A stretch of 64,000 bases of DNA, taken from the NCBI GenBank assembly GCA_963788655.1, contig CAWBHS010000060.1, positions 64,001-128,000 on the forward strand, in the 5' to 3' direction. A program made the translations under genes and the position numbers. Each line of letters starts with the position of its first letter. Position 1 is the stretch's first letter. Shown here piece after piece: positions 19,120-29,900 of the stretch. The stretch comes from an uncultured Verrucomicrobiae bacterium. GTDB lineage: Bacteria; Verrucomicrobiota; Verrucomicrobiia; Limisphaerales; JAFGQR01. Below the pieces are notes generated by a model. The model saw nothing but the letters and a program-made list of their open reading frames with translations, had not been told where the DNA came from and made no database searches.

Positions 19120-20925
19120 ATGGCCGGCCTCGTTTCGCCCGCAACCATTGATCAAATCCGCGCTGCCAGTGACATCGTCGATGTCATCGGCTCCTATTTG
19201 CCGTTGAAACGGGCGGGCGGAAATTTCGTCACGCTCTGCCCGTTTCACAAAGAAAAAAGCCCCAGTTTCCACGTCAATCCCCAACGGCAGATTTTCCACT
19301 GTTTCGGCTGCCACAAAGGCGGCGACGTGTTCACCTTCGTCCGGGAATACGAAAGTCTCTCCTTCATGGAAGCCGTCAAGCGCCTGGCCGAGCGCGCCAA
19401 TATTCCGCTCGAATTGGAAACCCACTCCGGCGAATCGCAGACGCGCTACCTCAAGGAAACGCTCTGGCAAATCCACGAACAAATCACTCAACGCTGGCAC
19501 CGCGCCCTGACCAATGAGGCCGCCGGCCAGATCGCCCGCGATTACCTGGACAAGCGCGGCGTGTCGTTAGAAGCCGTTGAATTATTCCGGCTGGGCTTTG
19601 CGCCGGAAGCTTGGGATGACACGGTCAATTGGGCTCGGAGCAAGGATCACGATCTGTCGGTCGTCGAGCAGGCCGGCTTGATCCTGCGCAAAGAAGGCAC
19701 CGACCATTTTTATGATCGCTTCCGGGGACGGTTGATGTTTCCGATTTGCGACGAACAGGGCCGAGTGGTGGCGTTTAGCGGCCGAGTGTTGCGCGGCGAC
19801 GAGAAGACTGCCAAGTATGTCAATTCGCCGGAAACCCCCATCTTCACCAAGAGCAAAGTCTTCTTCGGGCTCGACAAATCTAAACGGGCCATCCTGGACG
19901 CCGGGGTTGCCGTCGTGTGCGAAGGGCAACTTGACCTGATTGCCTGTTACATGGCGGGCGTTAAAAACATCGTCGCCCCCCAAGGCACCGCGTTCACGGC
20001 CGATCATGCGCGCATTCTCAAACGCTACGTCGATGAGGTCGTGTTGTGTTTCGATTCGGACGCCGCCGGCCAGGAAGCCGCCGTGCGGGTGCTGGACAGC
20101 TTGCTGACTTCCGGGTTGGCCATCCGCGTCGCTTCGGTGCCCGCGCCCGACGATCCGGACAGTTACATCAAGCAACACGGCAGCGAGTCCTTCCAAAACC
20201 TGATCCAGCAGGCGGAGGGTTTTTTTGATTACTACCTGAAACGGTTGTGCGCCGTGAACGAAATCAGCACGGACAAAGGCCGCTTGGCGGTGGTCAAAGC
20301 CATGGGCGAAGCGCTGCGCAAAACCGGCAGCGCGGTGCTGATCGACACCCATGCACAAAAAACGGCCCAACGGCTCGGTGTGGCGCCCGAAGCCGTGCGT
20401 GCCGAATTTAAAAAATCGCCTCGGTCAAGACCATTTGCCAATGAACCACGCTCGTCGGAAACCGATTCCGTGGTCAACCACTCCCCTCCCCCCGAGCGCG
20501 AATTTTGGCTGATGCGTTATCTGCTGGAAACGGACGAAGTGGATTGGGTCGCGCGGCAACTCGATCTGAACTGGTTTCAGCATCCGCTGGTGCGGCAAGT
20601 CGTATCGTTGCGTTTGGCCGTCCACGCCCAAAATCGCTGGAAGGACGTTCCGACCTTGCTGGTTGAATGTCCGGATGCTCCTTCGCAAAGCCTCGTCACT
20701 GAAGCGGTGGCTAAACCGGTTTCTCTGGAAAACCTGGCCCAGGTAATTGCCACGACCATGCAATTGTTGCGGAACGATTTTATTGACCGCGAACTGACTC
20801 GGCTGACGCAGAAATTGTCGCAGCCGAACCTGCCCGAGACCACGGTGATCGAGGTTCTGACTCGCCAAGCCGAATTGCGCAAAGCCAAACGCCAACCGAT
20901 CAGCCCCGATGCCGCGAGCGGCTAA
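19120..20925 (+). CDS. dnaG: DNA primase
   Basis: Zn finger CPFHKEKSPSF...CFGC, DRFRGRLMFPI, KYVNSPET and TOPRIM EGQLD...FDSDAAG. Confidence 0.97.
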   Translation: MAGLVSPATIDQIRAASDIVDVIGSYLPLKRAGGNFVTLCPFHKEKSPSFHVNPQRQIFHCFGCHKGGDVFTFVREYESLSFMEAVKRLAERANIPLELETHSGESQTRYLKETLWQIHEQITQRWHRALTNEAAGQIARDYLDKRGVSLEAVELFRLGFAPEAWDDTVNWARSKDHDLSVVEQAGLILRKEGTDHFYDRFRGRLMFPICDEQGRVVAFSGRVLRGDEKTAKYVNSPETPIFTKSKVFFGLDKSKRAILDAGVAVVCEGQLDLIACYMAGVKNIVAPQGTAFTADHARILKRYVDEVVLCFDSDAAGQEAAVRVLDSLLTSGLAIRVASVPAPDDPDSYIKQHGSESFQNLIQQAEGFFDYYLKRLCAVNEISTDKGRLAVVKAMGEALRKTGSAVLIDTHAQKTAQRLGVAPEAVRAEFKKSPRSRPFANEPRSSETDSVVNHSPPPEREFWLMRYLLETDEVDWVARQLDLNWFQHPLVRQVVSLRLAVHAQNRWKDVPTLLVECPDAPSQSLVTEAVAKPVSLENLAQVIATTMQLLRNDFIDRELTRLTQKLSQPNLPETTVIEVLTRQAELRKAKRQPISPDAASG

Positions 20926-20935
20926 GACTACCAGG

Positions 20936-22084
20936 ATGCATTTCCAACTCTTTAAGACCGATTCCAGTTCCCTGGCCCGCCTGGGACGTTTAACCACGCC
21001 ACATGGTGACATCGACACGCCGGCGTTCATGCCCGTCGGCACGCAAGGCAGTGTGAAGGCGCTTGATCCCCGTGAATTGCGCGAAATGGGCACCCAGATC
21101 ATTTTGGGTAACACCTATCATCTCTTCATTCGGCCGGGCCTGGAAATCATCGGCCAAGGCGGCGGATTGCACCAGTTCATTAATTGGCCGGCTCCCATCC
21201 TGACCGATAGCGGCGGCTTTCAAGTTTTCAGTCTCGCCAAGATTCGCAAGATCAAAACGCACGGCGTCGAGTTCCGGTCGCACCTGGACGGCTCGCTGCT
21301 GTTCCTGGGCCCCCAGGAAGCGATGCGCATTCAACGCGAATTGGGCTCGGACATCGCGATGGTGTTTGACGATTGCCCACCGCACACCGCCACGCCCCGC
21401 GAACTGCGCGCCGCGGTGGACCGCACGATGCGGTGGGCCGCCGAATGCCGTGAGCAACCTCGCGGCCCAGGGCAATTGGTGTTCGGCATCGTGCAGGGCG
21501 GCTGCAATGCCGATCTGCGCGAAGAATGCGCCAAGGCGCTCGTGCAATTGGAATTTGACGGCTACGCCATCGGCGGAGTGAGCGTGGGTGAACCGGAACC
21601 GGAAATGATGCGCGCCGTGGAACTCACCGTCCCGCATTTGCCCGAGAACCAGCCACGCTATGCCATGGGCTTGGGCACGCCGGCGCAACTGGTGGAGCTG
21701 GTTGCGCGCGGGGTGGACATGTTCGATTGTGTGTTGCCCACCCGCGTGGCGCGCAATGGCACGGCCTTCACCGCCCAGGGAAGCGTCAATATCAAGGCGG
21801 GCTTCAACAAGGCGGATTTCCGGCCCATCGAGGAAGTCTGCGACTGTTTTGCCTGCCGCCATTTTACGCGCGCTTACCTGCGGCATTTGCTCAAGTCGGG
21901 CGAAATTCTCGGCCTACGGATGCTGAGCGTTCACAACTCCCACATGTTCCTGAAGTTGATGAGCGACATCCGGGCGCACATCGATGCAGGCACGTTTGCC
22001 GATTTTCGCCAGGAATACGCCGCCACCTACGTGCCCACAAAGAAGGTGCTCGCCGGCCGCACTTTGGCCAGTTTGGAACGATAA
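20936..22084 (+). CDS. tgt: tRNA-guanine transglycosylase (queuosine pathway)
   Basis: TPAFMPVGT, LTDSGGFQVFSL, FDDCPP, GGVSVGE, DMFDCVLPTR and Zn site CDCFAC...H. Confidence 0.97.
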   Translation: MHFQLFKTDSSSLARLGRLTTPHGDIDTPAFMPVGTQGSVKALDPRELREMGTQIILGNTYHLFIRPGLEIIGQGGGLHQFINWPAPILTDSGGFQVFSLAKIRKIKTHGVEFRSHLDGSLLFLGPQEAMRIQRELGSDIAMVFDDCPPHTATPRELRAAVDRTMRWAAECREQPRGPGQLVFGIVQGGCNADLREECAKALVQLEFDGYAIGGVSVGEPEPEMMRAVELTVPHLPENQPRYAMGLGTPAQLVELVARGVDMFDCVLPTRVARNGTAFTAQGSVNIKAGFNKADFRPIEEVCDCFACRHFTRAYLRHLLKSGEILGLRMLSVHNSHMFLKLMSDIRAHIDAGTFADFRQEYAATYVPTKKVLAGRTLASLER

Positions 22085-22262
22085 AACGGTTGCTTTACCG
22101 AATGTGGTGTAGAAAGCCGCTTCCCGAGCGTTTGGATTTCCTTCAGATTTTGACCTTTAATGTTGCGATGTCTCTTTGCGCACGGCTTTTGCTGTACGAT
22201 AATGGCGTTGCGGCCCTGTTGGGGGTGTATCGGAGCCGCCAGCACAGCATAGATTTGGTATT

Positions 22263-22970
22263 ATGAACAAAATCAGGTTGTTAACAGCATTCGGTTTGGC
22301 CGTCCTGGGCATATTCGGGAGCGGCGTCTCGGCACTGGCGCAAGATTCCAAGGCGGTGGACCGGGTGATGATGAAAGACGGGAAGATGTGGGAGACCCAA
22401 GGTGGCCAAACCACGTTGATGGACCAGGAAACCAGGCTGCCCTACGACGTCACCGTCAAGACCAATGGCACCTACACCGTCAAGCAAGGCAAAGAGCGGC
22501 AATTCAAAGAGGGGCAAATCCTGCGTTCCGACGGCATGTTGATCAGTCCGGATGGATCGATTGTCCCCGTTTATGACCATATTACGATGAAAGCTGGCAA
22601 GCCCATGATCACCCGCGACGGTAGCACCGAGCCATTGCAAAGCACCATCAAACTGGCTGATGGCACCCGTATCCAACCGGACGGCTACGTCGTCAAGCCG
22701 GACGGGCGCACCTTGCGCCTATTGGACGGACAAATCTTCCAACTCAGCGGCAAGACCATCCCTGCCACCGACACAATTACGCTCAAAGGCGGCAAGGTGA
22801 TCGTGCAGAAAGACGGCTCCCTGATCACGGTGGCCCCCGGACGCAGCTTGATGATGAATGACGGTACCAAGGTGTTCGGGGACGGCACGGTCCTCATGAA
22901 AGACGGCACCAAAAAGAAACTCGCCGAAGGCGAATTGCTAACCGTGCCAGGCCTGGTTACCCGGCGATAA
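22263..22970 (+). CDS. Secreted beta-repeat protein (DUF6799-like)
   Basis: Signal peptide (VSALA|Q) and three internal repeats of the form D.(V/I).MK.GK...DGT.(V/I)..DG.V...DG....L.EG. Confidence 0.6.
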   Translation: MNKIRLLTAFGLAVLGIFGSGVSALAQDSKAVDRVMMKDGKMWETQGGQTTLMDQETRLPYDVTVKTNGTYTVKQGKERQFKEGQILRSDGMLISPDGSIVPVYDHITMKAGKPMITRDGSTEPLQSTIKLADGTRIQPDGYVVKPDGRTLRLLDGQIFQLSGKTIPATDTITLKGGKVIVQKDGSLITVAPGRSLMMNDGTKVFGDGTVLMKDGTKKKLAEGELLTVPGLVTRR

Positions 22971-23143
22971 AGAAGGCAGCCTTGAAAGAGTATCGCGTGG
23001 CCAGAAACCTTGGGCCGGTTTGACATCGGAGCCAACGCGCCGACCTCCAAAGTCAGACAGTCGTCTCGGCCTTTCCGACTCGCCATACATGCCCCTTGGG
23101 TCATGGACCGTTGCGCCAGAATGCGAACGCGTCTTGCCAATCC

Positions 23144-23168
23144 GGGACAGGCGGGACGCCTATCCTAC
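23144..23168. repeat. REP unit (family C)
   Basis: GGGACAGGCGGGACGCCTATCCTAC is near-identical to 39086-39110 and lies between convergent genes. Confidence 0.7.
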
Positions 23169-23175
23169 CGCAATC

Positions 23176-26100
23176 TCAACGTGAGACGACTCGATTTGCC
23201 CGTCCATCCGGCGCATCCGTCTCACTAAAGGGAGGTGCGCGATAGAATCGGAGGCCGCCCGCTCCCGAAGTCAGCCCACTGTCCGCCACCAGCATCCGGC
23301 CGTCCGGGGAAAACTTCAGATTCCGCAACGCATTGCCCAACCGCCGAATGGTCAGTAATTCCTGCTGCGTGGCCACGTGCCACAGTTTGAGCGTGCTGTC
23401 ATCGCTGCTGGTGGCGAGCGTTTTCCCGTCCGGTGAGAACGCAACCGAGAACACCGTCTGTTTGTGCCCGACGCAGGTGCCGAGAAAGACACCGTTCGTC
23501 GCGTTCCACAAGCGAACGGCATCGTCCGAACAAACGACCGCCAGCAAGCTTCCGTCATCGGAAAAAGTGGCGGCAACACTGGGATGGGCTTCGCTGACCA
23601 AGTTGGTGCGCAGCGAGTGCGAAGCCATATCCCACAGCTCAATATTGTTTTCGCGGCCAAAGGCGGCAAGGGTTCGTCCGTCCGGCGCAAACAACACCCG
23701 ACGTGCTTCGGTCTCCAGCAAGGCGTTGGTCCCATGGCGGAGGTCCCACCAGCGCAGACCCTCGAACCAGCCGCCGGTAATCAAGGTGCGCCCGTCGGGC
23801 GACAGGGCGATACAGTCCAAGGGCCGTTCGCAGACGTTTAAAGTGGTGCTCGCGCGCGTCTCCGTGTTCACCAATTTCACGCTGCCATCACCCTGATTCT
23901 CCGCGATGGTCTGCAGATCGGCACTCACGACCGCCCGTGGTGCTCCCGGTCCAAAACTGGGGAAGGCCCGACCTGGACCCCGCGGACGGGAATTGGGTCC
24001 CGACCGGAAGCGAGGGCGGCGTTCTTCCAACTGAAATTGTTGTTCCGGTTCGCGCGTGGCCAGATTGAAGAACGCCACGGTGTCCTCCCGCCGCGCCGCC
24101 AGCATCCGGCCGTCGGGCGAAAAGGCCAAAGGATCCCAGGCGTTGGAGATGACATCGGCCGGGGCTTGGGGCCGCAAGGGCCACACGTTCACACTGCCAT
24201 CCCGGGCGCCGCTAATGAGACTCTGGCCGTCCGGTGAAAACGCGACACACCAGACCTCGCTAAGGTGACCCTGGAACGTCGCGATGCGCTGACGAGCGGC
24301 AAAGTCCCACAACCGAATCGAATAGTCCATGCTGGCCGTGGCCAGGCGGCGACCATCCGGGGAAAAGGCAAGGGACGAAATCACCCCGGTATGTTCGACA
24401 TGCTCCGGATCCTTGGGCAACACGGCGATTTCTTTGCCGGTCCGCGCATCCCAGACGCTGACGACAAACACACCGCGCTCGGAAAGGGTATTGCGCGCCG
24501 CCGCCACATATTTGCCGTCCGGGGAAAAGGCCATCACGCGATCAGACCGGAACCACGGTCCGCCGCGAGCAAACAGATTGGTGGAATCTTGCAGCACGAT
24601 TTCGGGTCGCCCTTGTTCCAACGGCCACAAGGTCAAACCCGCCGGAGTATCCGTGGCCAGCGTTTTGCCATCCGCGGAAAAAGCCACCGGTTCCGTGGCA
24701 TTGGTGAGGTGACGGAGTTCGTTCCACGTGGCGGTATCCCAAACATGAACCCCTTCGCGCCGGCTGACTGCCGCCAGGCGCGTGCCATCGGCGGACAGGG
24801 TAAGCGGGCCGGAATTCCCGGGAAACGTTTTCTCCTCGGACCAGTCGGACGTATTCCGCACCCGCACCGTGACGAAGCCGCTGGCAGATACGAAGCGCCG
24901 GCCATCCGGGAAGAAGGCCGTGGAGAAACCACCGCTCGAAAGGTTGGTGACCAGGGAATGCGTGTGCAGATTCCACACGCGAATTTCGCGCGCAGTCCCG
25001 GTGGCCAGCCAATCGCCCGAAGGCGAAACTGCCAACGATTGCACGGAACCTTCCTGAACCGGCAACGCAACATGTTCGTCGCCCTGACAAAGCTGCCAGA
25101 GGTAACGCCACTCGAAGCCGCGCAAATCGGGTTCGCCGGCTTCGGGGCGATGTTTGTTCAACAATTGGACGGCGCGGCCCAGATTGCCGGCGGCCAGGGA
25201 TTGCTGAGCCAGGTTGATGTCGGCCACGTATTCGTTGAGCCGGGCCGAGGCTTTTTCCTGTTCGGCCCGCGCCCATTCCTGTTCGGTCAGTTGGCGCAAA
25301 TAAACTTCCTGCCGCTGGGCCGCCACGGCTTTTTGCTCCGCGTTGGTTGCCCGCACGGCCTGCCATACGCTGATGGTTACGCCGGCCAGCAACGTCACCA
25401 CCACCGTGGCCGTGGCGGCCAACGTGCCTCGATGGCGGCGGGCGAATTTCTGGAACCGATACAAGCTGCTGGGCGGCCGGGCGGCCACCGGTTTGCCCTC
25501 GAGATGGCATTGAATATCGTCGGTCAGCGCATTGGCCGTGGCATAGCGACGCGTGCGGTCTTTCTCGAGGCATTTCATGACGATCCAATCCAGATCGCCG
25601 CTCAACAGATGAATCAGTTTGGGCGCTTCAAGCTGACGTTGCTGGGCGGTGCTCGTGCGCTCGGTTTCCACCAGCGTCGCCAGTCGTGCCGAAGGCCGGG
25701 GTGGTTCCTTTTCCCGGATGGTCCGCCGGCATTCGTCGAGGGTGATTTGCTGGAGCGCCTCCGCGTCAAAAGGCGTTCGGCCCGTGAGCAATTCATACAG
25801 CAGCACCCCCAGCGAATAAATGTCGCTCCGCGTGTCGATGTCCAAACCGCTCATCTCCGCCTGTTCCGGGCTCATGTAAGCGGGCGTGCCAATGAAGGTG
25901 CTGAACTGGGTGAACAGCGTTTTGTCCGTCAACCGCTGTTCCGTGGCTTTGGCAATGCCGAAGTCGATGACCTTCGGCACCGGCGTCCCGTCGTGCAGCG
26001 TCAGCAGGATGTTCGACGGTTTGATGTCGCGGTGAATGATGCCCTTTTGGTGCGCGTGCTGGATCGCCTGGCACACCTGGGTGAACAATAGCAACCGCGC

Positions 26101-26655
26101 GCGCGCCGGCAGGTTGTTTTGATCGCAGTAGTCCGTGATCTTGATGCCGCGCACCAGTTCCATCACGAAGTAAGGCCGGCCGGTCTCGGTCGCGCCGGCA
26201 TCGAGCACTTTGGCGATGTTGGGATGGTCCATCATCGCCAGCGCCTGGCGCTCCGCTTCGAAGCGGGCAATGATGCTCCGGGTGTCCATGCCCAGCTTGA
26301 TGATCTTGAGCGCCACCCGACGGCGCACCGGTTCCTCCTGGTCGGCCATGTACACGACCCCGGTGCCGCCCTCACCAATTTGCTGGAGCAATTTGTAGCG
26401 GCCAATACGGTCACCGGATTTTTCGGTGGCGTTGGTAATGATCTCCGTGCCACCCGAGAGCGCGGGTTTCTCCAGAAAACTGCCGACCTGCTCCTGTTCG
26501 CGCAGCAATTCTTCGACGCGCTGACGCAAAGCGTGGTCGTCCCCGCACGCCGCCCCGAGAAAGGCCGTGCGCTCCGCCGGCTCCGAGCGTTCGAGAGCAC
26601 CGAGAAAGATGTCCCGTTCGTCCGAACCGGAAACGGATTGGAGTTCAGCAGCCAT
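23176..26655 (-). CDS. Hanks-type Ser/Thr protein kinase with C-terminal WD40 beta-propellers
   Basis: GEGGTGVVY, VALKIIK, HRDIKPSNIL, DFGIAK, GTPAYMSPEQ, one TM helix, a coiled coil and many AFSPDG...WD repeats. The N-terminal 'IFLGALE...ACGDD..LRQRVEELL' segment is typical of PVC kinases. Confidence 0.95.
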   Translation of the reverse strand: MAAELQSVSGSDERDIFLGALERSEPAERTAFLGAACGDDHALRQRVEELLREQEQVGSFLEKPALSGGTEIITNATEKSGDRIGRYKLLQQIGEGGTGVVYMADQEEPVRRRVALKIIKLGMDTRSIIARFEAERQALAMMDHPNIAKVLDAGATETGRPYFVMELVRGIKITDYCDQNNLPARARLLLFTQVCQAIQHAHQKGIIHRDIKPSNILLTLHDGTPVPKVIDFGIAKATEQRLTDKTLFTQFSTFIGTPAYMSPEQAEMSGLDIDTRSDIYSLGVLLYELLTGRTPFDAEALQQITLDECRRTIREKEPPRPSARLATLVETERTSTAQQRQLEAPKLIHLLSGDLDWIVMKCLEKDRTRRYATANALTDDIQCHLEGKPVAARPPSSLYRFQKFARRHRGTLAATATVVVTLLAGVTISVWQAVRATNAEQKAVAAQRQEVYLRQLTEQEWARAEQEKASARLNEYVADINLAQQSLAAGNLGRAVQLLNKHRPEAGEPDLRGFEWRYLWQLCQGDEHVALPVQEGSVQSLAVSPSGDWLATGTAREIRVWNLHTHSLVTNLSSGGFSTAFFPDGRRFVSASGFVTVRVRNTSDWSEEKTFPGNSGPLTLSADGTRLAAVSRREGVHVWDTATWNELRHLTNATEPVAFSADGKTLATDTPAGLTLWPLEQGRPEIVLQDSTNLFARGGPWFRSDRVMAFSPDGKYVAAARNTLSERGVFVVSVWDARTGKEIAVLPKDPEHVEHTGVISSLAFSPDGRRLATASMDYSIRLWDFAARQRIATFQGHLSEVWCVAFSPDGQSLISGARDGSVNVWPLRPQAPADVISNAWDPLAFSPDGRMLAARREDTVAFFNLATREPEQQFQLEERRPRFRSGPNSRPRGPGRAFPSFGPGAPRAVVSADLQTIAENQGDGSVKLVNTETRASTTLNVCERPLDCIALSPDGRTLITGGWFEGLRWWDLRHGTNALLETEARRVLFAPDGRTLAAFGRENNIELWDMASHSLRTNLVSEAHPSVAATFSDDGSLLAVVCSDDAVRLWNATNGVFLGTCVGHKQTVFSVAFSPDGKTLATSSDDSTLKLWHVATQQELLTIRRLGNALRNLKFSPDGRMLVADSGLTSGAGGLRFYRAPPFSETDAPDGRANRVVSR

Positions 26656-26753
26656 ACACGATCATTAATACATGCGCAAAAGAGCGACGCAATCCGCAAG
26701 AAGAGGGGGAAGAAGGAAGGATGCCGGATGCCGGCTGCATGGTTTCCGAGTAT

Positions 26754-26898
26754 CGCGGAGCGTTTGGAGTGCGTGGAGCTTGCTCCCGCTTTTGTTTGGG
26801 ACAGGATCGTTCAATGTCCCCCCATCCCTCGCAGCTTTTGAACGCCTTTCGGCTTCCAAAAGCGCCGGCAAGCCGGACGCACTCCAAACGCTGGCGCG
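26754..26898. repeat. Inverted REP pair (family B)
   Basis: Arms 26754-26792 and 26858-26898. The second arm is the exact 41-bp reverse complement of 46161-46201. Confidence 0.85.
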
Positions 26899-26997
26899 AC
26901 TAACCCAGCTAATGTTCCAATGGAAACCGAAATGACCAACGTAGTGCCACGCAAGCATCGATCGCCAAGAGTGGCGGTGTGTGTCCGCTACCTTGCC

Positions 26998-29900
26998 TCA
27001 ATACACCAACTCCACCCGGTAAAACCGTTCCGCCATGAACATGCCGTCCGTCAGGCTGGCGATGGGATTGGCGGCTACGAAGTCGCGATCGAGCTGGAGC
27101 CAGTTCGGCGCTTCCAAATCATCGGCGTACTGCACCCGGTACGTGTGGCCCGGAACGGTCTGGATGGTAAAGGTGGCCTGCCCGCCCGTCTTGAAAATAC
27201 TCTGAATGACCGGCGGCGGCGTTCCGTTGGGCACCCCGGACGAACCGCTCACGATGGTGAAGTCTAGTAGCCCCGTTCCGGTTCGCGGCGGCACGCCATC
27301 GTCCGTGGCGCGAAGGATGAAGACGTAGTCGCCCGGTGCCTGATTGGTGGGCACGATCCAACGGAACAGGCCACTTTGGTTGATGGCTGCCCCATCACGA
27401 GCCGGCTCGAAGGAGTAAGTCAAGGTCTGGTCCAAAATCTCCGGATCGGACGCTCGCACGAGCAGGGTCACCCGCTCGCCGGGTGCCAGATACTGCCGGG
27501 CCAGTGGCGGGAACATCGGCGGAGTGTTCACGCCGGCGACGGTATTGCGCGCTGTGGGCGTGGGGTGGTCCATGACGTAGTAAGCACGCGCGCCATCGCT
27601 GTAAGCACCTTCGCTAACATCGGTCAATTGCTGTCCGTACGCGATATAGTCCAGCAGATTCGTCCCGTCAGGCGCAGTGAGTTGAATGATTCCCGCGTCG
27701 GCGGCTAGTTTGAAGTTCACGTGCAAGTCGGCCACGTTGCCCCCATTCTGGTTCTCGTCATTGTCCGCCCACACCAGCAGGAATCCACCGGCAGGGATCA
27801 CATACCGGCCATTATCCGGAATGGCATACTTGGTCTGGCCGAGCGCGTCATCACTCAGATAATAACCACCCAAGTCCACGGCTTCTGGGCCGGCGTTATA
27901 GAGTTCAAACCAATCGTCATAATTGTGATCAGACGGATCTTGCACCGCGGCCACGTTGCTGGCCATCCATTCGTTGATGAACACTGGCGGGACCGTTTTT
28001 TCGTTGTTCGCCAGCGGAGTCGGCTTGTGCAATCGGAAGCGATAAACCGATTGCCCGTCGGGCACATCGCCGTAACTGGCATTGGCGCCCGGCGTGATCC
28101 AAGTCAGGCAATCGGTAACTTGCGGTTCCCCTCCGACGAGGCGGACCAACGCCAGTTTGCCGTCGTAATCCAGCCGGAAATCTGTGTGCAAATCGGTGAT
28201 GGTCGTTTGCTCGGGCTGGCCGTCGGCCCAAATCACTTTGAACTCGCCTGGAGCCAACTCGATCCCCGGCGGGAACTGCCACTGGAGCAAGTCGTTCGTG
28301 TAATTGTCCGCGAGATAATAGCCGTCCAAGCTCACGCTGTTTGATCCGGCGTTGTACAGCTCGAGCCAGGGTCCGTATTCCCCGACGTTGTCAACGAGCC
28401 CTATCAAGTTGTCGGTTTCCACTTCGTTCAACCACACCGGATCGTAAGCCGGCAACCCCGCCGCAACGGAATTGGGCGCACCTGGCGTGGCCAGCCCTAT
28501 GGAATCAAAGGCCCAGTTGCTGGGCCGGCGATTGTCCCGATCGACATCGACCAATTGCAGAGATTCGCCGGTCATCCCGATGGGCCACGGCGGTTGGGCT
28601 TCGTAATGAACCCCATTGATCATTTCTTCGCCCATCGGGCCGGGCCGGATCAGCGCGACGGCTTCCCCGTCCGCCGCCAGACTGCCGCCGAACGTTGCGA
28701 AGACCGGCACGCTGCCATACGCGGCCACAAACGTGGCTTTGTTTTGCGCCAGCACGATGGTCTGTCCATTCGTCACGATGGAGCCGGGCGAAAACGTCAG
28801 ATTTACCCCATCCACTCGCCAGCCCGAAAGGTCGAAATTGAACTCGGACCGGTTCTGGATCTCGAGGAATTGGCCCCCCGACATGTCCGGCGCAAACATG
28901 AGTTCGCTGATCACCAGCGCGCCCACCGGATCGATAACCGGACCGGTGTAATTCACCGTTAATTGCTGGCTGGCGCTCTCGAGGGGATTGCCAAAACGGT
29001 CCACCCCGGCCAAGTCCAGCGTGGTAACTGCCTGATCCACGACCACGCGCAACAGGAAATTGCTTACGCTCGTCCAGGTGATCGGATAAACGACGCCGTT
29101 CAGGGTAATGTCTTTGACTTCGACGGGCGCGGTACCGGTCAGAATCAGCAGATTGTCATCCGTGCTGAAACTCGCCGGCCCATCCACAGCAAACGGCGCC
29201 TGCACCGTGGCCAATTGCTCCTCCAAAAAGGCGCGCCGGTCGGCGATGTAGGTTTTGATCGCGGCCACGGCATCCAAATCGATGTTGACGTTGCTGTTGG
29301 TAAGGGCCGCGGCCCGTTCGTCGATGAACGGATCGAGATACTCGTTGCTGAATGGTCCCGCGACCAAATCCGCGAACGCGCGCCAGTACGCCCGCGCGAT
29401 GGCTGGCGTGTTGAACATGGCGGCCACCCGCGGCTCATTGGACGCAAAGAGCGGAGCGTCAACGGGTCGGCCCAGGCCGAGGCCATAGTCGATGTCCCAC
29501 GCCATGTTCACAAAACCGTTTGCAGTGTGATAAAGATAGTCGTTCTTTCCACGCTCCCAGCCGAAGCTGTCAAAATTGCCCACAGCGCGCTCAATGGCAA
29601 AGAACCGCATCCAGGCTTCCCAATCCACCGCGGTGCTCACCAGGTCCGGATCGACGGTCGGGCTGTCGGGATTGTCCGCCGGGCTGACGGCATTGATCAA
29701 CGCGTAGATCACCGAGTATTCGTCGGCCGAATTGCCCACGCCGATGGACCGTTTGCGGAACATGAACCGGTAGGGCGCGGGCACGAACGTAGGCTGGCCG
29801 TCCACCATAATGGTCCGCCGGGCCAGATCAGCGTCGTGATAGGCCTCAAAGTTGAATCCATCATTCTCGAACTCAAACCAGTCCTCGACTTTGAACAATT

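Noticed and set aside
20936..22084. Possible non-canonical Tgt (queuine salvage or DNA-modifying DpdA)
   Set aside because: The substrate-pocket motifs (FDDCPP, GGVSVGE) look like ordinary bacterial preQ1-inserting Tgt, and the context is housekeeping.
22178..22192. Sigma-54-like GCGCACGGCTTTTGC upstream of the DUF6799-like gene
   Set aside because: Lacks the invariant GG at -24.
24265..26091. 608-aa plus-strand ORF
   Set aside because: Antisense shadow of the kinase-WD40 gene.
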